Source: Marsupella aquatica (taxonomy: Eukaryota > Plantae > Marchantiophyta). Taken from it: a stretch of 64,000 nt of DNA. Of this stretch, positions 25,541 to 39,020 are shown in pieces (positions within the stretch are counted from its first letter, which is position 1; every line of letters starts with the position of its first letter). A program made the translations under genes and the position numbers. Under the pieces are notes generated by a model, which was not told the DNA's origin, did not search any database, and worked only from the letters and a program-made list of their open reading frames with translations. The stretch is from assembly GCA_973895155.1 (NCBI GenBank), contig OZ316894.1, forward strand, positions 6,968,234 to 7,032,233, written 5' to 3'.

Positions 25541-28500
25541 ATGAGTGATTCGGAGGAGTTTTTCGAAGACGTGGAACTTGAAGCACGAGGGTCACCGCGG
25601 AGGTTTCAGGGGCAGAGAGAGGAGCAGGAGGAAGAGCACGTGACACCGATACCATCACCGGTGCGGCGTGTGGTGGAGGAAGCAGTACTACTACCGGAGC
25701 TCACGGTAAAGAAGAAGATGGGGACTTTCAAGCTTGGGGGACCCAAGTATGAAGTGACAAAGTATGATGGGCGCTCTGACTACTTGCTATGGGAGAAGCA
25801 GGTGAAGGGAGTGCTTTATGCGTCAGGGATGGGCCAACTGCTGAGCCCTCGTGAAGACGATGTTGATGAGAAACAATGGGACCGCATGCAGGAGCAGGGA
25901 GTGTGGTGTGTTACACTCTATCTCATGCCTCCCATCATCAAGCAGTTGGGTGCACATAAGGATTGCATGTCCTTGTTTGCGGAATTGCAGAGCAAGTATC
26001 ACCGCAAGGAGTTGTCGAACCGGCTCTACACTTCCTACAAACTGATGAGTTTCAGGATGAAGGAATCTGGTATGAAGTTGCAAGACCATGTGGATGCTTT
26101 CAACGACATGGTTGTTGACTTGGAAAACCTTGGGGAGACTTTGAATGATGAGACAAAGGCTCTGCAGCTTCTTAGTTCATTGTCTCCATCTTACCAGTCC
26201 CTATCACGAGTGTTGTTGCATCGTGATAGGGATACCATTTCATAGAATGACGTGGTAAGTTCTCTGCTTAGTGATGATCTTCAGCAGAAGATGCACATCA
26301 CGTCACAGCCTTCATCATCTGGTGCTGCCCTCAATGTTAACCGTGGGAGGAGTATGCAGCGACCAACTGGGGACCGTAGAACCCAGTTTAGATCTAAATC
26401 CAGATCTAAGTCCAAGGGTAAATCCCCTCAGAGGAGGCAGGTGACATGTTGGAAGTGCAACCAAGTTGAACACTTCAAGCAAGACTGTAAGGGAAAGGCA
26501 GCGGAAACTTCATCGGCAAATGTGGCTAGGGCTGATGGAGAAGCTGATTTACTCAATGATGAGTATGTTTTATGAAGCCGGGGGTATGCCCTGTGCACGT
26601 CATCTAGGAGAGCAGATGATGTGTGGATTCTTGATTGTGCTTGCTCTTTTCATATTTGTTACATTCGTGAGTTTTTCAGTTCTTACTCTATTTCAAACGG
26701 TTTAGTTCTGATGGGAAATGATCACTCCTGTCAAATTGAGGGAATTGGGTCTGTGAAGATTCAAATGTTTGATGGCGCTGTGCGCACAGTATCCGGAGTC
26801 AGGTATGTACCTGGCATGCGTAAGAATCTGATTTCACTCGGTGTGTTGGATTCAAATGGTCATCAATGGAGCGTTATTGATGGTGAACTTCAAGTCAGGT
26901 CGGGAGAGACAGTGATTTTGAAGGGGAGTAGACAAAAGAATTTGTATGTGTTACAGGGCAATACTGTATGTGGAGAGGCCAATGTAACCAAGTCTCACGA
27001 GGAGATGACTCAACTGTGGCATTCACGGCTAGGCCACATGAGTGAGAAGGGTTTGGCTATCTTACGGAAGAATGGACTCATTTCTGATTTGCAATCTTGT
27101 AAATTAGAGTTTTGTGAGCATTGCATTCTTGGAAAGCAGCATCGTCGTGCTTTTGGTGTTGGAACTCATCGTTCCAAAGCGGTTCTTGAGTACATACATA
27201 GTGACGTGTGGGGTCCATCCCCGACTCCCTCACACTCTGGAAAGTTGTACTATGTATCATTTATTGATGATTACTCAAGATTTTGTGTGGATTTATTTCA
27301 TGACGCATAAGTCTGATGTCTTGTCCATTTTTAAGAAGTGGAAGGCCCAGGTGGAGAATCAGACTGGAAACACGATCAAGTGTTTGGATACAAGGGTGAA
27401 GAGTCTGAGGTCAGACAACGGCGGGGAGTACACTTCAATGGAATTTGAAGAGTGTTGTTCAGAACAGGGGATAACTCGCCATCTCACCACAGTTTATACT
27501 CCGCAGCAGAATGGTGTCGCTGAGAGGCTCAATCGGACACTGTTGGAGCGGTCACGGAGTATGTTGAGCCAATCAGGTTTACCACAAGAATTTTGGGCAG
27601 AAGCTGTCAATACCGCAGCTTATTTGGTAAATCTTTCTCCTTCTAGTGCTATCAATTTCAAAACGCCGTTTGAGATGCGCTATAAGCGGCAAGCAGACTA
27701 TCATGGCTTGGTAGTTTTTGGAAGTGATGCATATGCTCTCACACCAAAGCAGAATAGGACCAAGTTGGATCCTACCTCCAGGAAATGTGTTTTTCTTGGG
27801 TACCAGAGTGGTGTGAAAGCCTATAGGCTATGGGATCCTATTGCCTGTAAGCTCGTTGTCAGTAGGGATGTTTCCTTCAATGAATCCAGATTATTGAAGG
27901 AGGGGGAGAATACTCAGGTCTCCCGTACTGACAAAGGAAAATCTCCTATCCCGGATCTCGTTGAGGGGGAGATTGGTTATGAGGTGCATGACCGGAGAGA
28001 AGGAGTTGCTCCAATTATGGAGCTGGTTCCTGTGCCAGAGGAACCAGAGGAGTTTGTTGATGCTGGTGAGCAGCAAGTGGATGCTGTTGAGCTTCAAATT
28101 GTACCAGCACACGCAGATCAACCGGAGTCATCGGCTAGAAGAACATCTGGTCGCACTGTACGCGCTCCACCAAGGTATGGACAGTGGGTTGATTCATCTC
28201 AACTGCAAGAGGATGATTTTACAGCTGATGATGAGGGTGATGCGTTAATTTTGGAAGAAGGAGAACCTTCTTCATTTCATGAGGCAAGTGCTTCAAAGGA
28301 GAAGCAGAAGTGGACTGCAGCAATGCAAACGGAGATGCAGTCACTAAAGGACAACAAAACTTGGGAGCTTGTTAAGCTGCCTAAGGGTCAGCAAGTGGTG
28401 GACAGCAAGTGGATTTACAAGCTAAAGGATAATTCCATAGGAGGTGGATCGAAGGTCTACAAGGCTAGATTGGTAGCAAAGGGATTCACACAAGATAAAG

Positions 28501-29849
28501 GTGTGGATTACAATGAGGTCTTCTCACCAGTTGCTAAGTACTCTACAATACGACTATTGTGTGTACTTGTTGTAATGTTTGGTCTGCTCCTAGATCAGAT
28601 GGATGTTGTCACAGCTTTCCTCTATGGCACATTGGAAGAGGTGATCTTCATGAGACAACCGCTAGGTTTTGTGAAGAGAGGACAGGAGGAATTGGTTTGC
28701 AGATTGTTGAAATCCTTGTATGGGTTGAAGCAATCACCAAGACAGTGGAACAAGCGGTTTGACGATTGGATTCGGTCACAAGGTTTTCACAGAAGTGTAT
28801 TTGACCCTTGTGTGTATTTGAAACCGGTGAAGAATGTTGTCTTTGGGTTCATTGTTTTAGTACTTTATGTGGATGACATGCTAATTGCAGCCAAGGATAG
28901 GTCTGAGATTGTTAAGCTCAAGGCACTGCTTAGTGCAGAGTTTAAGATGAAGGACTTAGGGCCAGCTAAGAGGATTTTGGGTATGGAGATCACTAGGGAC
29001 TTGGAGGCTGGCAAGCTATGGTTGATGCAGAGCAGCTATGCGAGGAAGGTAATTGCAAGGTTCAACATGGAGAATAGCAAGCCAGTAAGTACCCCGTTGG
29101 CTCCACACTTCAAGTTATCATCAGCGTTCTGTCCTACGGATGACACAGAGAAGGGGTTGATGTCAAAGGTTCCATATGACAAGGCAGTGGGGAGTCTCAT
29201 GTATTTGATGACTTGCACTAGACCTGATCTTGCCATGGCTATGGGCAAGGTGAGCAGGTACATGTCGAATCCAGGGAAGGTACACTGGGAAGCAGTGAAG
29301 TGGATTATCAGGTACTTGAAGGGTACCGTGGATCATGGTCTTTTATTTGATGCGAATGCAAAGAATGCTAGATCATTGATTGGCTATGTAGATTCTGACT
29401 ATGGACAAGATTTGGACCGAAGAAGATCAACAACAGGATACGTGTTCACACTTGGCGGTGGATGCATAAGTTGGAGGTCTACTTTGCAGAAGTGTATTGC
29501 TCAGTCTACTACAGAAGCGGAGTATGTTGCAGCTGCGGAAGCAGCAAAGGAAGCGATTTGGTTGGATAGACTTATCACTGAAATGGGATTGCCACAGGGG
29601 AATGTGAAGCTCCATTGTGATAGTCAAAGTGCGCTCCACCTTGCTGTGAACCAGGTGATGGACAGCAGAGTGAAGCACATTGACGTCAGGTACCATTTTA
29701 TCAGGCAGGCTGTGTCTGATAATTTGTTTGAGCTAGTCAAGATTGATGGTAAACTCAACCCGGCTGACGCATTTACCAAAGTGATTCCTTTGGAGAGTTT
29801 CTCTAGACACCGTGACGTATTGCAGGTTTTGCAATTGCATCACAAGTAG
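25541..29849 (+). pseudogene. gag-pol: Copia A gag-pol
   Basis: Zn knuckle CWKCNQVEHFKQDC, protease WILDCACSFH, GAG-pre-integrase LWHSRLGH, integrase LRSDNGGEY, RT LYVDDML, RNase H KHIDVRYHF. TAG at 26243, TGA at 26573, frameshift near 27283. Confidence 0.93.
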
Positions 29850-30589
29850 AGTTTTCTTAAACATTCATTGTAATTACTGATATATGCTCTTCCTCATTCC
29901 TATGTATTAGGCTACGGCTTAGTTCTGGTTTGCTCTAGTTAGAGAGGGAAACCGGTTTGGTTCTGTCCAGAACTTCCCGCTGAGGGATCATATACATTGG
30001 CAGTATTACTCTCCCCTAGACCAGAGTCAAGGGGAAGATTGTTGGGTATTTACTCTTACGTCTAGGTTAGGTATGACGTGGTTGGTACAACAACGTGGGT
30101 TGGTACAACTACGTGGTTAGGTACAACTACGTGATTAGGTACAACTATGTGGTTAGGTACAACTACGTGATTAGGTACAACTATGTGGTTAGGTACAACT
30201 AAGTTGCACACTATATCATAAGAGGCATGTGTGCTTGGAGAGGTAGAACCAAGGCTCATTGTTATGGAGCCACTTGAGAGATAGGGAGAGCTTACACTGT
30301 GGAGACTCGGTATAGCCGACGGGCTTAGAGTTCAGTAAAGCTCTCTTGTGTGTTCCCGTGGACGTAGCCTCAAGGAGGTGAACCACGTATCTCTTGTGTC
30401 GACTATTGTGCGTTGGATGGTTCATGGGCTTGCCGTTGCGATCGTCGTCTATGCTCAACAGATTAGCTGACAAGTGCATTGGCTTCACAGCCCGTTATAC
30501 AAGGTACTATAAAGTTGAATGAAACTTGTAGAATTGTAATGAGTATGTTCTCCAAAATGTATTCCTGATTTCTATTCGCTGATCAGGTC

Positions 30590-31066
30590 ATGCTCGAGCG
30601 ACGCATTTTTGTACCCTTCGTGGATCCTCCGGAATGGGGGAATGGCGCCCTGATGGACCAGCTAAGGAAGCTGGATGAATCACTAATTTTAAAGATTTTC
30701 AAGCTGGTAGCAAAAGCATTTTATAATAACGCATATCACTTCTACGTAGACCAGGTAGGGGGAGAAATTTATATCCGGTGGGATAGATATGCTGCATTTC
30801 CTAGAAGTATTATCCTGCTTTTTCTTAAAACCGATGTAGTAAAACGTTTTATACTGCACTGCTGTCATGTTGTGAAGGGCAATCCTGCCTATGAACCAGA
30901 ATTCTATGCCCACAACAGACGTAGAGCATTCGATGAGATTCAGGATGTGATTGACCAGTTGGACAATCCTCTTGCTACCGAGTTTTTGATTGACACTGGT
31001 GGGAAGTTATATTCGTATAGGACTCGTCAACTCCCCCTAGGCCTCTTTGTCCATTATTTAGGTTAA
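30590..31066 (+). CDS. Hypothetical 158-aa protein (Sola-like element cargo)
   Basis: Clean ATG ORF with globular-like composition inside the element; no family recognised. Confidence 0.45.
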   Translation: MLERRIFVPFVDPPEWGNGALMDQLRKLDESLILKIFKLVAKAFYNNAYHFYVDQVGGEIYIRWDRYAAFPRSIILLFLKTDVVKRFILHCCHVVKGNPAYEPEFYAHNRRRAFDEIQDVIDQLDNPLATEFLIDTGGKLYSYRTRQLPLGLFVHYLG

Positions 31067-31462
31067 CTTATGTACCTTGTTTATGGACAAATGTCCTTGA
31101 CAATGGTGAGATGTGTCAGTATTGCACAAATGCCTGTTGTGATGTTCCGTCACGCCGCTATTCAGTAGCTGTAGTTAATCTTGAGACCGGTGCCACAGAT
31201 TTTCATTGGTTGTGGGCCTATGATCATAGGATCACTCATATACCCCAATGGCCCAAGAAGCTAATCTCTCGCTTTGTTGTAGCGCAATTTGATCTTGGGT
31301 GGGATGATTGATTAGGCACATTATCACATGTACACTCGGTCGTCAATTTAAAGAAGGCTCACTTTTTGTTTGGACCACTTTTGCGATAATTTTATCGGTG
31401 TTGGTCTCATTTTCAAATGTTGACTGTACGTACGATAATGTAATCTCGACCGTCAATTTACA

Positions 31463-31758
31463 CTTGGGGGTTTCACTTCCACAAAAATGGCATATCACGT
31501 GCAACGAAGAATAGGGTCATTTTATTGGTTCTAAGGGAAGACTTAAGAATTTTTGTAGAAGAACAATAGGGTCTTTTAAATTCAATTTTGAGACTTATAA
31601 GAACATTAGGGTCTTTTTAATCCAATTTTTAGAATATTCCAAGAATATTCCAACTTTATAGGGGTTAAAAAATAATGTTTTTTCTTACATTTTAGGGGGT
31701 CCGAGGCCTAAAAACGTCGCAGGCGATGGGGAGGTCCCCATATAGTGAGACCCCCGAG
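31463..31758. mobile_element. MITE (same family as 5091-5396) nested in the Sola-like element
   Basis: Termini CTTGGGGG...CCCCCGAG; TSD AATTTACA / AATTTATA; reverse complement aligns by eye with 5091-5396 along its length. Confidence 0.75.
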
Positions 31759-32346
31759 AATTTATATCGTGCTCATATTTTTTTGCGATAATTTTATCGG
31801 AGTTAGTATCGCTCGTGGAATGACCTAATGCTTGTACGTGAATGAGGACTTTCTGAATTCATTGTATCGATGTTTGCATGCCAGTTTTTGCTTTTTGGGT
31901 TTGTCAGAGCAATAAATTTATCGCTTCTTGCATTCAGATTTGCAGACTTTGTCATCATGGGTCCTAGTGGGAAGAGTGGATCTGCCGAGGCTGAAAGTCT
32001 CATGACAAGCCTCACGAACGCGATTTGGACAAGCGAAGACATTTGTGAAGAGGTCAAGTTCATCAAGAAACCGTGATTCTTCCGCGACGCCAGGTTACAA
32101 TCCAAGGATATGGCAGACTGTGAGTCTCCTATCCTTTGGGTCCAGATGCAAAAACCCGCAAAGGTTACTCTCTCGTTTGGCCCCGTTGTTGGTGTGGCAA
32201 TCTGTGAGTACTTGATTAGCCAAGGAGAGGCAAAAGTGTTGAAAGAGGGTCTGAGTTTCTTGACAATGTGTGGAGGCAAGGGATTCACCTCTATCATTGT
32301 CACCATGGAGAACTTTCTTGAGAAATCCCTTGAGAGTTACCCTGAA

Positions 32347-35300
32347 TGTTAGATATTGCTCTAGTCTTGTGACTCTTGTGCTAACCACAGTTAGGCTAAC
32401 TCGGGTTAGAACCTAGCTAAGGTTAGCGGTAGTGCTGTTGTGCATATAGCCAGGGCTGATGCCAGACCCTGGTGGAACTTAGGCTCATTGTTACGGAGCT
32501 AGTTGAGAGATAGGGAAAGCTTGTGCTGTGGATGCTTGGTATGGCCGGTCGGCCTAAAGTGCAGTAAAGCTCTTGTGTGTTCCCGTGGACGTAGCCTCAT
32601 GTGGAGATGAACCACGTATCTCTCTGTGTCGACTATTGTGCGTTGGATGGTTCATGGGCTTGCCGTTGCGAATGTCGTCTATGCTCAACAAGTGATATCA
32701 GAGCATGCCTGGGAAGTGACGAGGTTTTTTCGTGACAGGTTTTTTCCAGCGTTCATTGTCGATGGTACATTCAGAGTTTCATCGCATGAAACTCGATTGT
32801 GTGTGGCTGAGCGGATAGGTTAGTGAGAGGGCATTCTAACGGTGGTTAGAGCTTGCTGATCGGTATCCGTGGTGCGGAGGAATTGAAGTTTGCATCATTT
32901 AGGGTTTATTCGTGTTCGACGGTATTTTGGGGGAGAAACCAGAGATCGTTTCTTCAACGGTGTGAGCTGTGCGGTGTGCGGGGCATCGCATGTGATAGTT
33001 CAAGTTGAAGGTTGGAGCGTGCTGGTCGTTTTGGTATCTAGTTTGCTGACGTTTGCAGAACGAGTGCGTCGTGACGAGTGAATTAGGCGTTCTGGTTTTT
33101 TGACAAGCTATGGTGCTTGTTTTTCCCTGAACCGGATTACTCGTCGTGACGCTTGACTCGGAGGAAGAAACGTGAAGTGCTGAGGCTCAACGGAGAGATC
33201 GTGGCGAGACGATCGTTTTGAGTCCGGGATTGGCACTTGACGCGGAGTGAAGGCGACGCAACAAAAGTTCTTTCTCTGGTGGAGCTTCAGACGTGCCGGT
33301 GCAATTTGGAAACATTTTCATGTTGGTGGTCATCACTTTTCTCATTGGAAACCAAAGCGGAGGTGGCTGAGGTTTGTAACACGGCCTTTGTGTCATTTTG
33401 GGCACATTTTTAAGGTTAGTTTAGGGCATTTTTTGCCCCAATACGGCCCCAATACCCGACAAACCAGGTTCGCCATACGCCCCGGCGCGCACACCGGCCT
33501 CCCACACCCCTTTAAGTGTGAAAACGTGCTTTTGAGGGCCCAAATACGGCCAAAAATGCCCATATACGGCCCAAAAACACGAAAATACGCGCGATTTGAC
33601 CCCTTTAAACCCGTTTTTCACGTTTGTTGTTGTTTATACGCAATTCTGGCCGCGAATACGCGCGCCTTTGCCAGGGGCTTTAAGACCCCTTTAGAGTGTG
33701 TTTTTCTGAATTTTTTTCTCTCCTCCTCCTCATTGGTTGTGCCTCATCCCGGGCCCTGTGACCCTCCGTTTTAACCGCTCTGACAGGGGGAACGGCCCCC
33801 TGTGAGCCCTGTTGGACTGTGCAGGAATATTCCCAAAAAACAGAGAGCTGTTTTTGGCCGTCACACAAAGATTCCATCCGCCGCACGGTAACTTTTTTGG
33901 TTCTTTTTTGGTGAGGACGTTGCCACTGGAGTTAGCAACGCGGCGCACCGATCACATCGCGATTCCAACGACAGGTTGTACTTGGTATTTCGCTTATTCT
34001 CCGAGGTGGTCAAAACGGAGGAGTTTCCCAAGGTTTTACCCACCCCGACCAAAATTTGAATAACTTTTCCGTCAAATTTTGATTTTGATTTTGGATTTTA
34101 GTATTGGAATCCTAGCTTCGTGGGCTACGCGGCGGTGTTGAGTTTTGAGTTTTATGAGAAGTTTTGAAAAAAGACGTTTTTTCGTGATTGTTTCATATGA
34201 GTGACTCGGAGGATACTGGAAGAATTGGCGTCGATGGAGCTTCAGGATCACGACGGTCAGACGGAGAGTTTGAGGAGGAGCTGCTACCGTTTGAGGAGGA
34301 ACTTATAACACCGGTACGATCACCGGTGCGGCGTGCAGTGGAGGAAGCTGTGTTACTACCAGAGCTGTCGGTAGTAGGGAAGAAGAGGGAGATGGCTAGA
34401 TTTGGAGGAGTGAAGTTTGAGGTGGAGAAGTACGATGGTTGTACTGATTACTTGCTTTGGGAGAAGCAAGTGAAGGGTGTTCTACGAGCCATGGGCTTAG
34501 CTCATCTGCTTTCATCGCGAGAGCAGTATGATGGAGAGGAGGAGATTTCAGTGAGGCAATGGAGACAGGAGCAGGTGATTGCTGTCAATGTAGTGATGCT
34601 ATATCTCAAGCCGCACATCATCAAGCAGCTGGATGATTATGCGGATTGCGCGTCACTGTTCAAGGCTCTAAGAGAGAAGTACTACCGGGAAGATGTGTCA
34701 GACCGGCTGTACAAGAAGTCTCTCTTGATGAGCCTCAGACTCAAGGAAGGGAGCAAGATGCAGGATCACCTGGATGAGTTTAATAGTCTAGCGGTTGATC
34801 TGTCAAACCTGGGAAAAGGAGTTGAAGATGAGGATAAGGCCTTGCTTCTGCTAAGCTCCTTACCGCCATCATATCAGGGCTTGAAACAGGTGCTCTTGTA
34901 CAGAGATCTGAAGTCCATTTTGTATAATGAGATGGTAAGCTCTTTACTGTCTGATGATGCTCAGAAGAAGCTGGGTCAATCACAGACAGCATCTTCTTCT
35001 GGCACTGCGCTCAATGTGAACAAGGGAAGAGCAACGCAGCGCACAAATGGGCAAAACAGGTTTAGATCTACATCACGGGGGAGATCTAAATCGAGGAAAA
35101 TCGCAAGAGAGGAAGCCTCTTGCATGTTGGAATTGTGGCAAGCCAGACCACATGAAAAGGGATTGTCGAGTAAAGGTCCCTACTGCCTCTGCTAACGCAG
35201 CATCGAGCTCGCATGAGGTAGATTTATTCGATGATGATGACATATTGTGATGTCAAGGTTATGCTCTCAACGTAGTGTCAAATCCAGGTAGTGATGACTG

Positions 35301-38300
35301 GATTCTAGATAGTGCATGTACTTTTCACATTTGCTCTAGAAGAGATTGTTTCAGTTCTTACACGGTTTCCAACGGGTCAGTGTTGATGAGAAATGGAATC
35401 CCATGTCAAGTTGTTGGACTTGGATCTGTAAGATTTCAGATATTTGATGGTGTTGTGAGAACATTGAGGAATGTGAGACATATTCCCAGCATGATGAAAA
35501 ATCTCATTTCACTTGGAGTTTTAGAGACAAATGGCCATCAGTGGAGTTCTGCTAATGGTGTCCTTCAGGTTTTAACTAGTACTAAAGTTGTATTGAAGGG
35601 AAAGAGACATTGCAATCTATACATTATGGAGGGCAGTGTAGTCTATGATGAAGCCAATGTAACCTTATCTCATGAGGAGACGGCCCGGCTGTGGCACTTC
35701 CGTTTGGGCCACATGAGTGAAAAAGGTTTGGTTATTCTTCAGAAGAAAGGATTAGTTTCTAATTTGCAATCTTGTAAGTTGGAATTTTGTGAGCACTGTG
35801 TGCTAGGGAAGCAGCACAGGAAACCCTTCAGAGTTGGAACTCACACCAACAAGGAGGTACTTGAGTATGTACATAGTGATGTGTGGGGTCTCGCCCCTAC
35901 TCCCTCACATTCTGGATGGTTATACTATGTCACGTTCATTGACGATTACTCAAGGTATGTGTGGATATACTTTCTACACAATAAGTCTGATGTTTTTGCC
36001 ACTTTTAAGGAGTGGAAAGCCCAAGTTGAAAATCAGACTGGTAATAAGGTGAGATATCTTTGATCGGATAATGGCGGTGCATACAGTTCTGGTGAATTTG
36101 GAACGTATTGTAAGGAGCAGGGGATTACCCGCCATCTCACAACAAGCTATACTCCTCAGCAGAATGGTGTTTCTGAGAGACTCAACCGAACACTATTGGA
36201 CTGCTCGAGGAGTATGTTGAGTCAATCATGCTTACCACATGAGTTTTGGGCTGAAGCTGTCAACATTGTAGCTTATTTGGTAAATTTTTCTCCATCCAGT
36301 TCTATTGGATTCAAGGCGCCATTTGAAATGAGGTACGTGCGTCTAGCAGATTACTCACATCTGAGGATTTTTGGATGTGATGCTTATGTGCTTACACCTT
36401 CCCAGCTTCGATCCAAGCTGGAGTCCAAGTCAAAGAAGTGCATTTTCCTTGGTTATCAGAAAGGTGTGAAGGGTTATAGGTTATGGGATCCAGTAACCTG
36501 TAAGCTAATTGTCAATAGAGATATGTCTTTTAATGAATCCAGATCATCAAAGGAGGGGGAGAGTTCTCAGGACTCCCATACTGACAAGGGGAAATCTCCC
36601 ATCCCGGACCGGGTTGAGGGGGAGATTAGTCATGATGTAGTTCATGACAGGAGAGATGGAGAAGCTCCGGGCTTGGAGCTGGTTCCTATGATGGAACAAG
36701 AGGAGCAAATTGTTGCTGGGGTACCTCAAATTCAACCAGCAGCAGCAACAGATCAGCCTGAGTCATCTATTAGAAGAACTTCCAATCGTTCTACTAGAGC
36801 TCCTACCAGGTATGGTCAATGGGCAAACTCATCTAAGCTAGATGATATTGACATTGCACCTGATGAAGATGATATGGCTTTGATCTTGGAAGAAGGAGAG
36901 CCTTCTTTGTATAGTGAGGTTTGTGCTTCAGAGCAGAAGCATGAGTGGAATGCAGCAATGCAGAGGGAGTTGCAATCTTTGAGTGACAACAAGACATGGA
37001 AGCTGATGGAGCTTCCAAGAGGTCAACAAGTGGTGGACAGCAAGTGGATTTACAAGTTGAAGGACAGTCCTTCAGAGGGTGGAGATAAGATCTACAAGGC
37101 AAGGCTTGTTGCCTAGGGGTTCACTCAGGAGAAAGGAGTGGATTACAATGAGGTCTTTTCACCGGTGGCTAAGTATTCCACAATTCGGATCTTGTGTCAG
37201 CTTGTTGTGTTTTTTAATCCGGTGATGGATCAGATGGATGTTGTTACTGCTTTTCTCTATGGCAACTTGGAAGAGATGATCTTCATGAGACAGCCACTAG
37301 GCTTTATGAAGAAGGGCCAAGAGAACTTAGTTTGCAGATTGCTCAAATCCTTGTATGGATTGAAGCAGTCTCCTAGACAGTGGAACAAGCGGTTTGATGA
37401 TTTCATGCTTGCTCAAGGTTTTACAAGGATGGTGTATGATCCTTGCGTGTATACGAAATCAGTCAAGCATGATGTATTTGGTTTCATCATTCTGGTGATC
37501 TATGTGGATGACATGCTAATTGTGGCTAAAGATCAATCTGAGGTTGACAGTCTCAAGGCGAAATTGAGCGCTGAATTCAGGATGAAGGATCTTGGTAAGG
37601 CCAAGAGGATCTTAGGGATGGAGATTTTTAGGAACTCTAAGACTGGACAGTTGTGCTTGAGTCAAGGCCAGTATGCGAGGAAAGTACTTGCACGATTCAA
37701 CATGGAGAACTGTAAGCCAGTGAGTATTCCTTTAGCTTCACATTTCAAGTTATCATCGGCTTTCTCTCCTACGGATGCTGTGGAGAAAGGTTTGATGGCT
37801 AAGATTGCTTATGAGAAGGCAGTAGGCAGTCTAATGTATTTGATGACTTGTACTAGGCCTGACTTGGCCCTAGCGATGGGCAAGGTTAGCAGATTCATGT
37901 CAAATCCAGGGAAGGTACATTGGGAAGCTGTGAAATGGATTCTCAGGTATGTGAAGGGAACATAGGACTATGGATTACTATTTGATAACAGATCAAATAG
38001 AACGTTAGTTGGCTATGTAGATTCTGACTATGAAGGCTGTCTGGATACAAGGAGATCTACAACTGGGTTTGTATACACTCTTGGAGGAGGATGTATCAGT
38101 TGGAAATCTACCTTGCAGAAGTGCATATCTCAGTCTACTACAGAAGCAGAGTATGTTGCAGCAGCAAAAGCAGCAAAGGAAGCAATTTGGTTGGATAAGT
38201 TGATCGTGGAGATGGGTTTAGAGCATGGAAAAATGACTATAAACTATGATAGTCAAAGTGCTCTTCACTTGGCTGCTAACCAGTTGATGGATAGCAGGGT

Positions 38301-39020
38301 GAAGCACATTGATATCAGGTACCATTTTATCAGGCAAACAATGTCTGATAAAACTTTTGAGCTAGTCAAGATTGATGGAAAGCTCAATCCCGCTGATGCT
38401 TTTACCAAAGTGATTCCTTTGGAGAGTTTCTCAAGACACCGTGCTACTTTGTAGGTTTTGCAGTTGTAGTGCAAGTAGAGTTATTTAGCAATGTGTGACT
38501 GTTTGTATATGGATTACTCATTCCAGTTAGGCTACGGCTTAGTTCTAGTTAACCCTTAGTTAACCCTTGTGGTTTTTAGGGGGAGACCTGGTTTGGTGAT
38601 TGTCTAGAACTTCCCGCTGAGGATTCCATATGGTAGCATTTAGTCCAGTCCCCAACACAAGAGTCAAGGGGGAGTTTGTTAGATATTGCTCTAGTCTTGT
38701 GACTCTTGTGCTAACCACAGTTAGGCTAACTCGGGTTAGGACCTAGCTAAGGTTAGCGGTAGTGCTGTTGTGCATATAGCCAGGGCTGATGCCAGACCCT
38801 GGTGGAACTTAGGCTCATTGTTACGGAGCTAGTTGAGAGATAGGGAGAGCTTGTGTTGTGGATGCTTGGTATGGTCGGTCGGCCTAGAGTGCAGTAAAGC
38901 TCTTGTGTGTTCCCGTGGACGTAGCCTCATGTGGAGGTGAACCACGTATCTCTCTGTGTTGACTATTGTGCGTTGGATGGTTCATGGGCTTGCCGTTGCG
39001 AATGTCGTCTATGCTCAGCA
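32347..39020 (+). mobile_element. Full-length Ty1/copia LTR retrotransposon B (older)
   Basis: 344-bp LTRs 32347-32690 and 38677-39020 (8 mismatches seen, all transitions), TSD CTGAA, mutated PBS TGATATCAGAGC, PPT AAGGGGGAG. Confidence 0.97.
34197..38454 (+). pseudogene. gag-pol: Copia B gag-pol
   Basis: CWNCGKPDHMKRDC, WILDSACTFH, LWHFRLGH, YVDDML, KHIDIRYHF; stops at 35248, 36061, 37114 and 37963, frameshift near 35100. Confidence 0.93.

Larger units (their letters stand above)
23966..30460 (+). mobile_element. Full-length Ty1/copia LTR retrotransposon A (young)
   Basis: 421-bp LTRs 23966-24386 and 30040-30460 (1 mismatch seen), TSD GATTA, tRNA-iMet PBS TGGTATCAGAGC at 24389-24400, PPT AAGGGGAAG, order gag-PR-INT-RT-RH. 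Confidence 0.97.
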
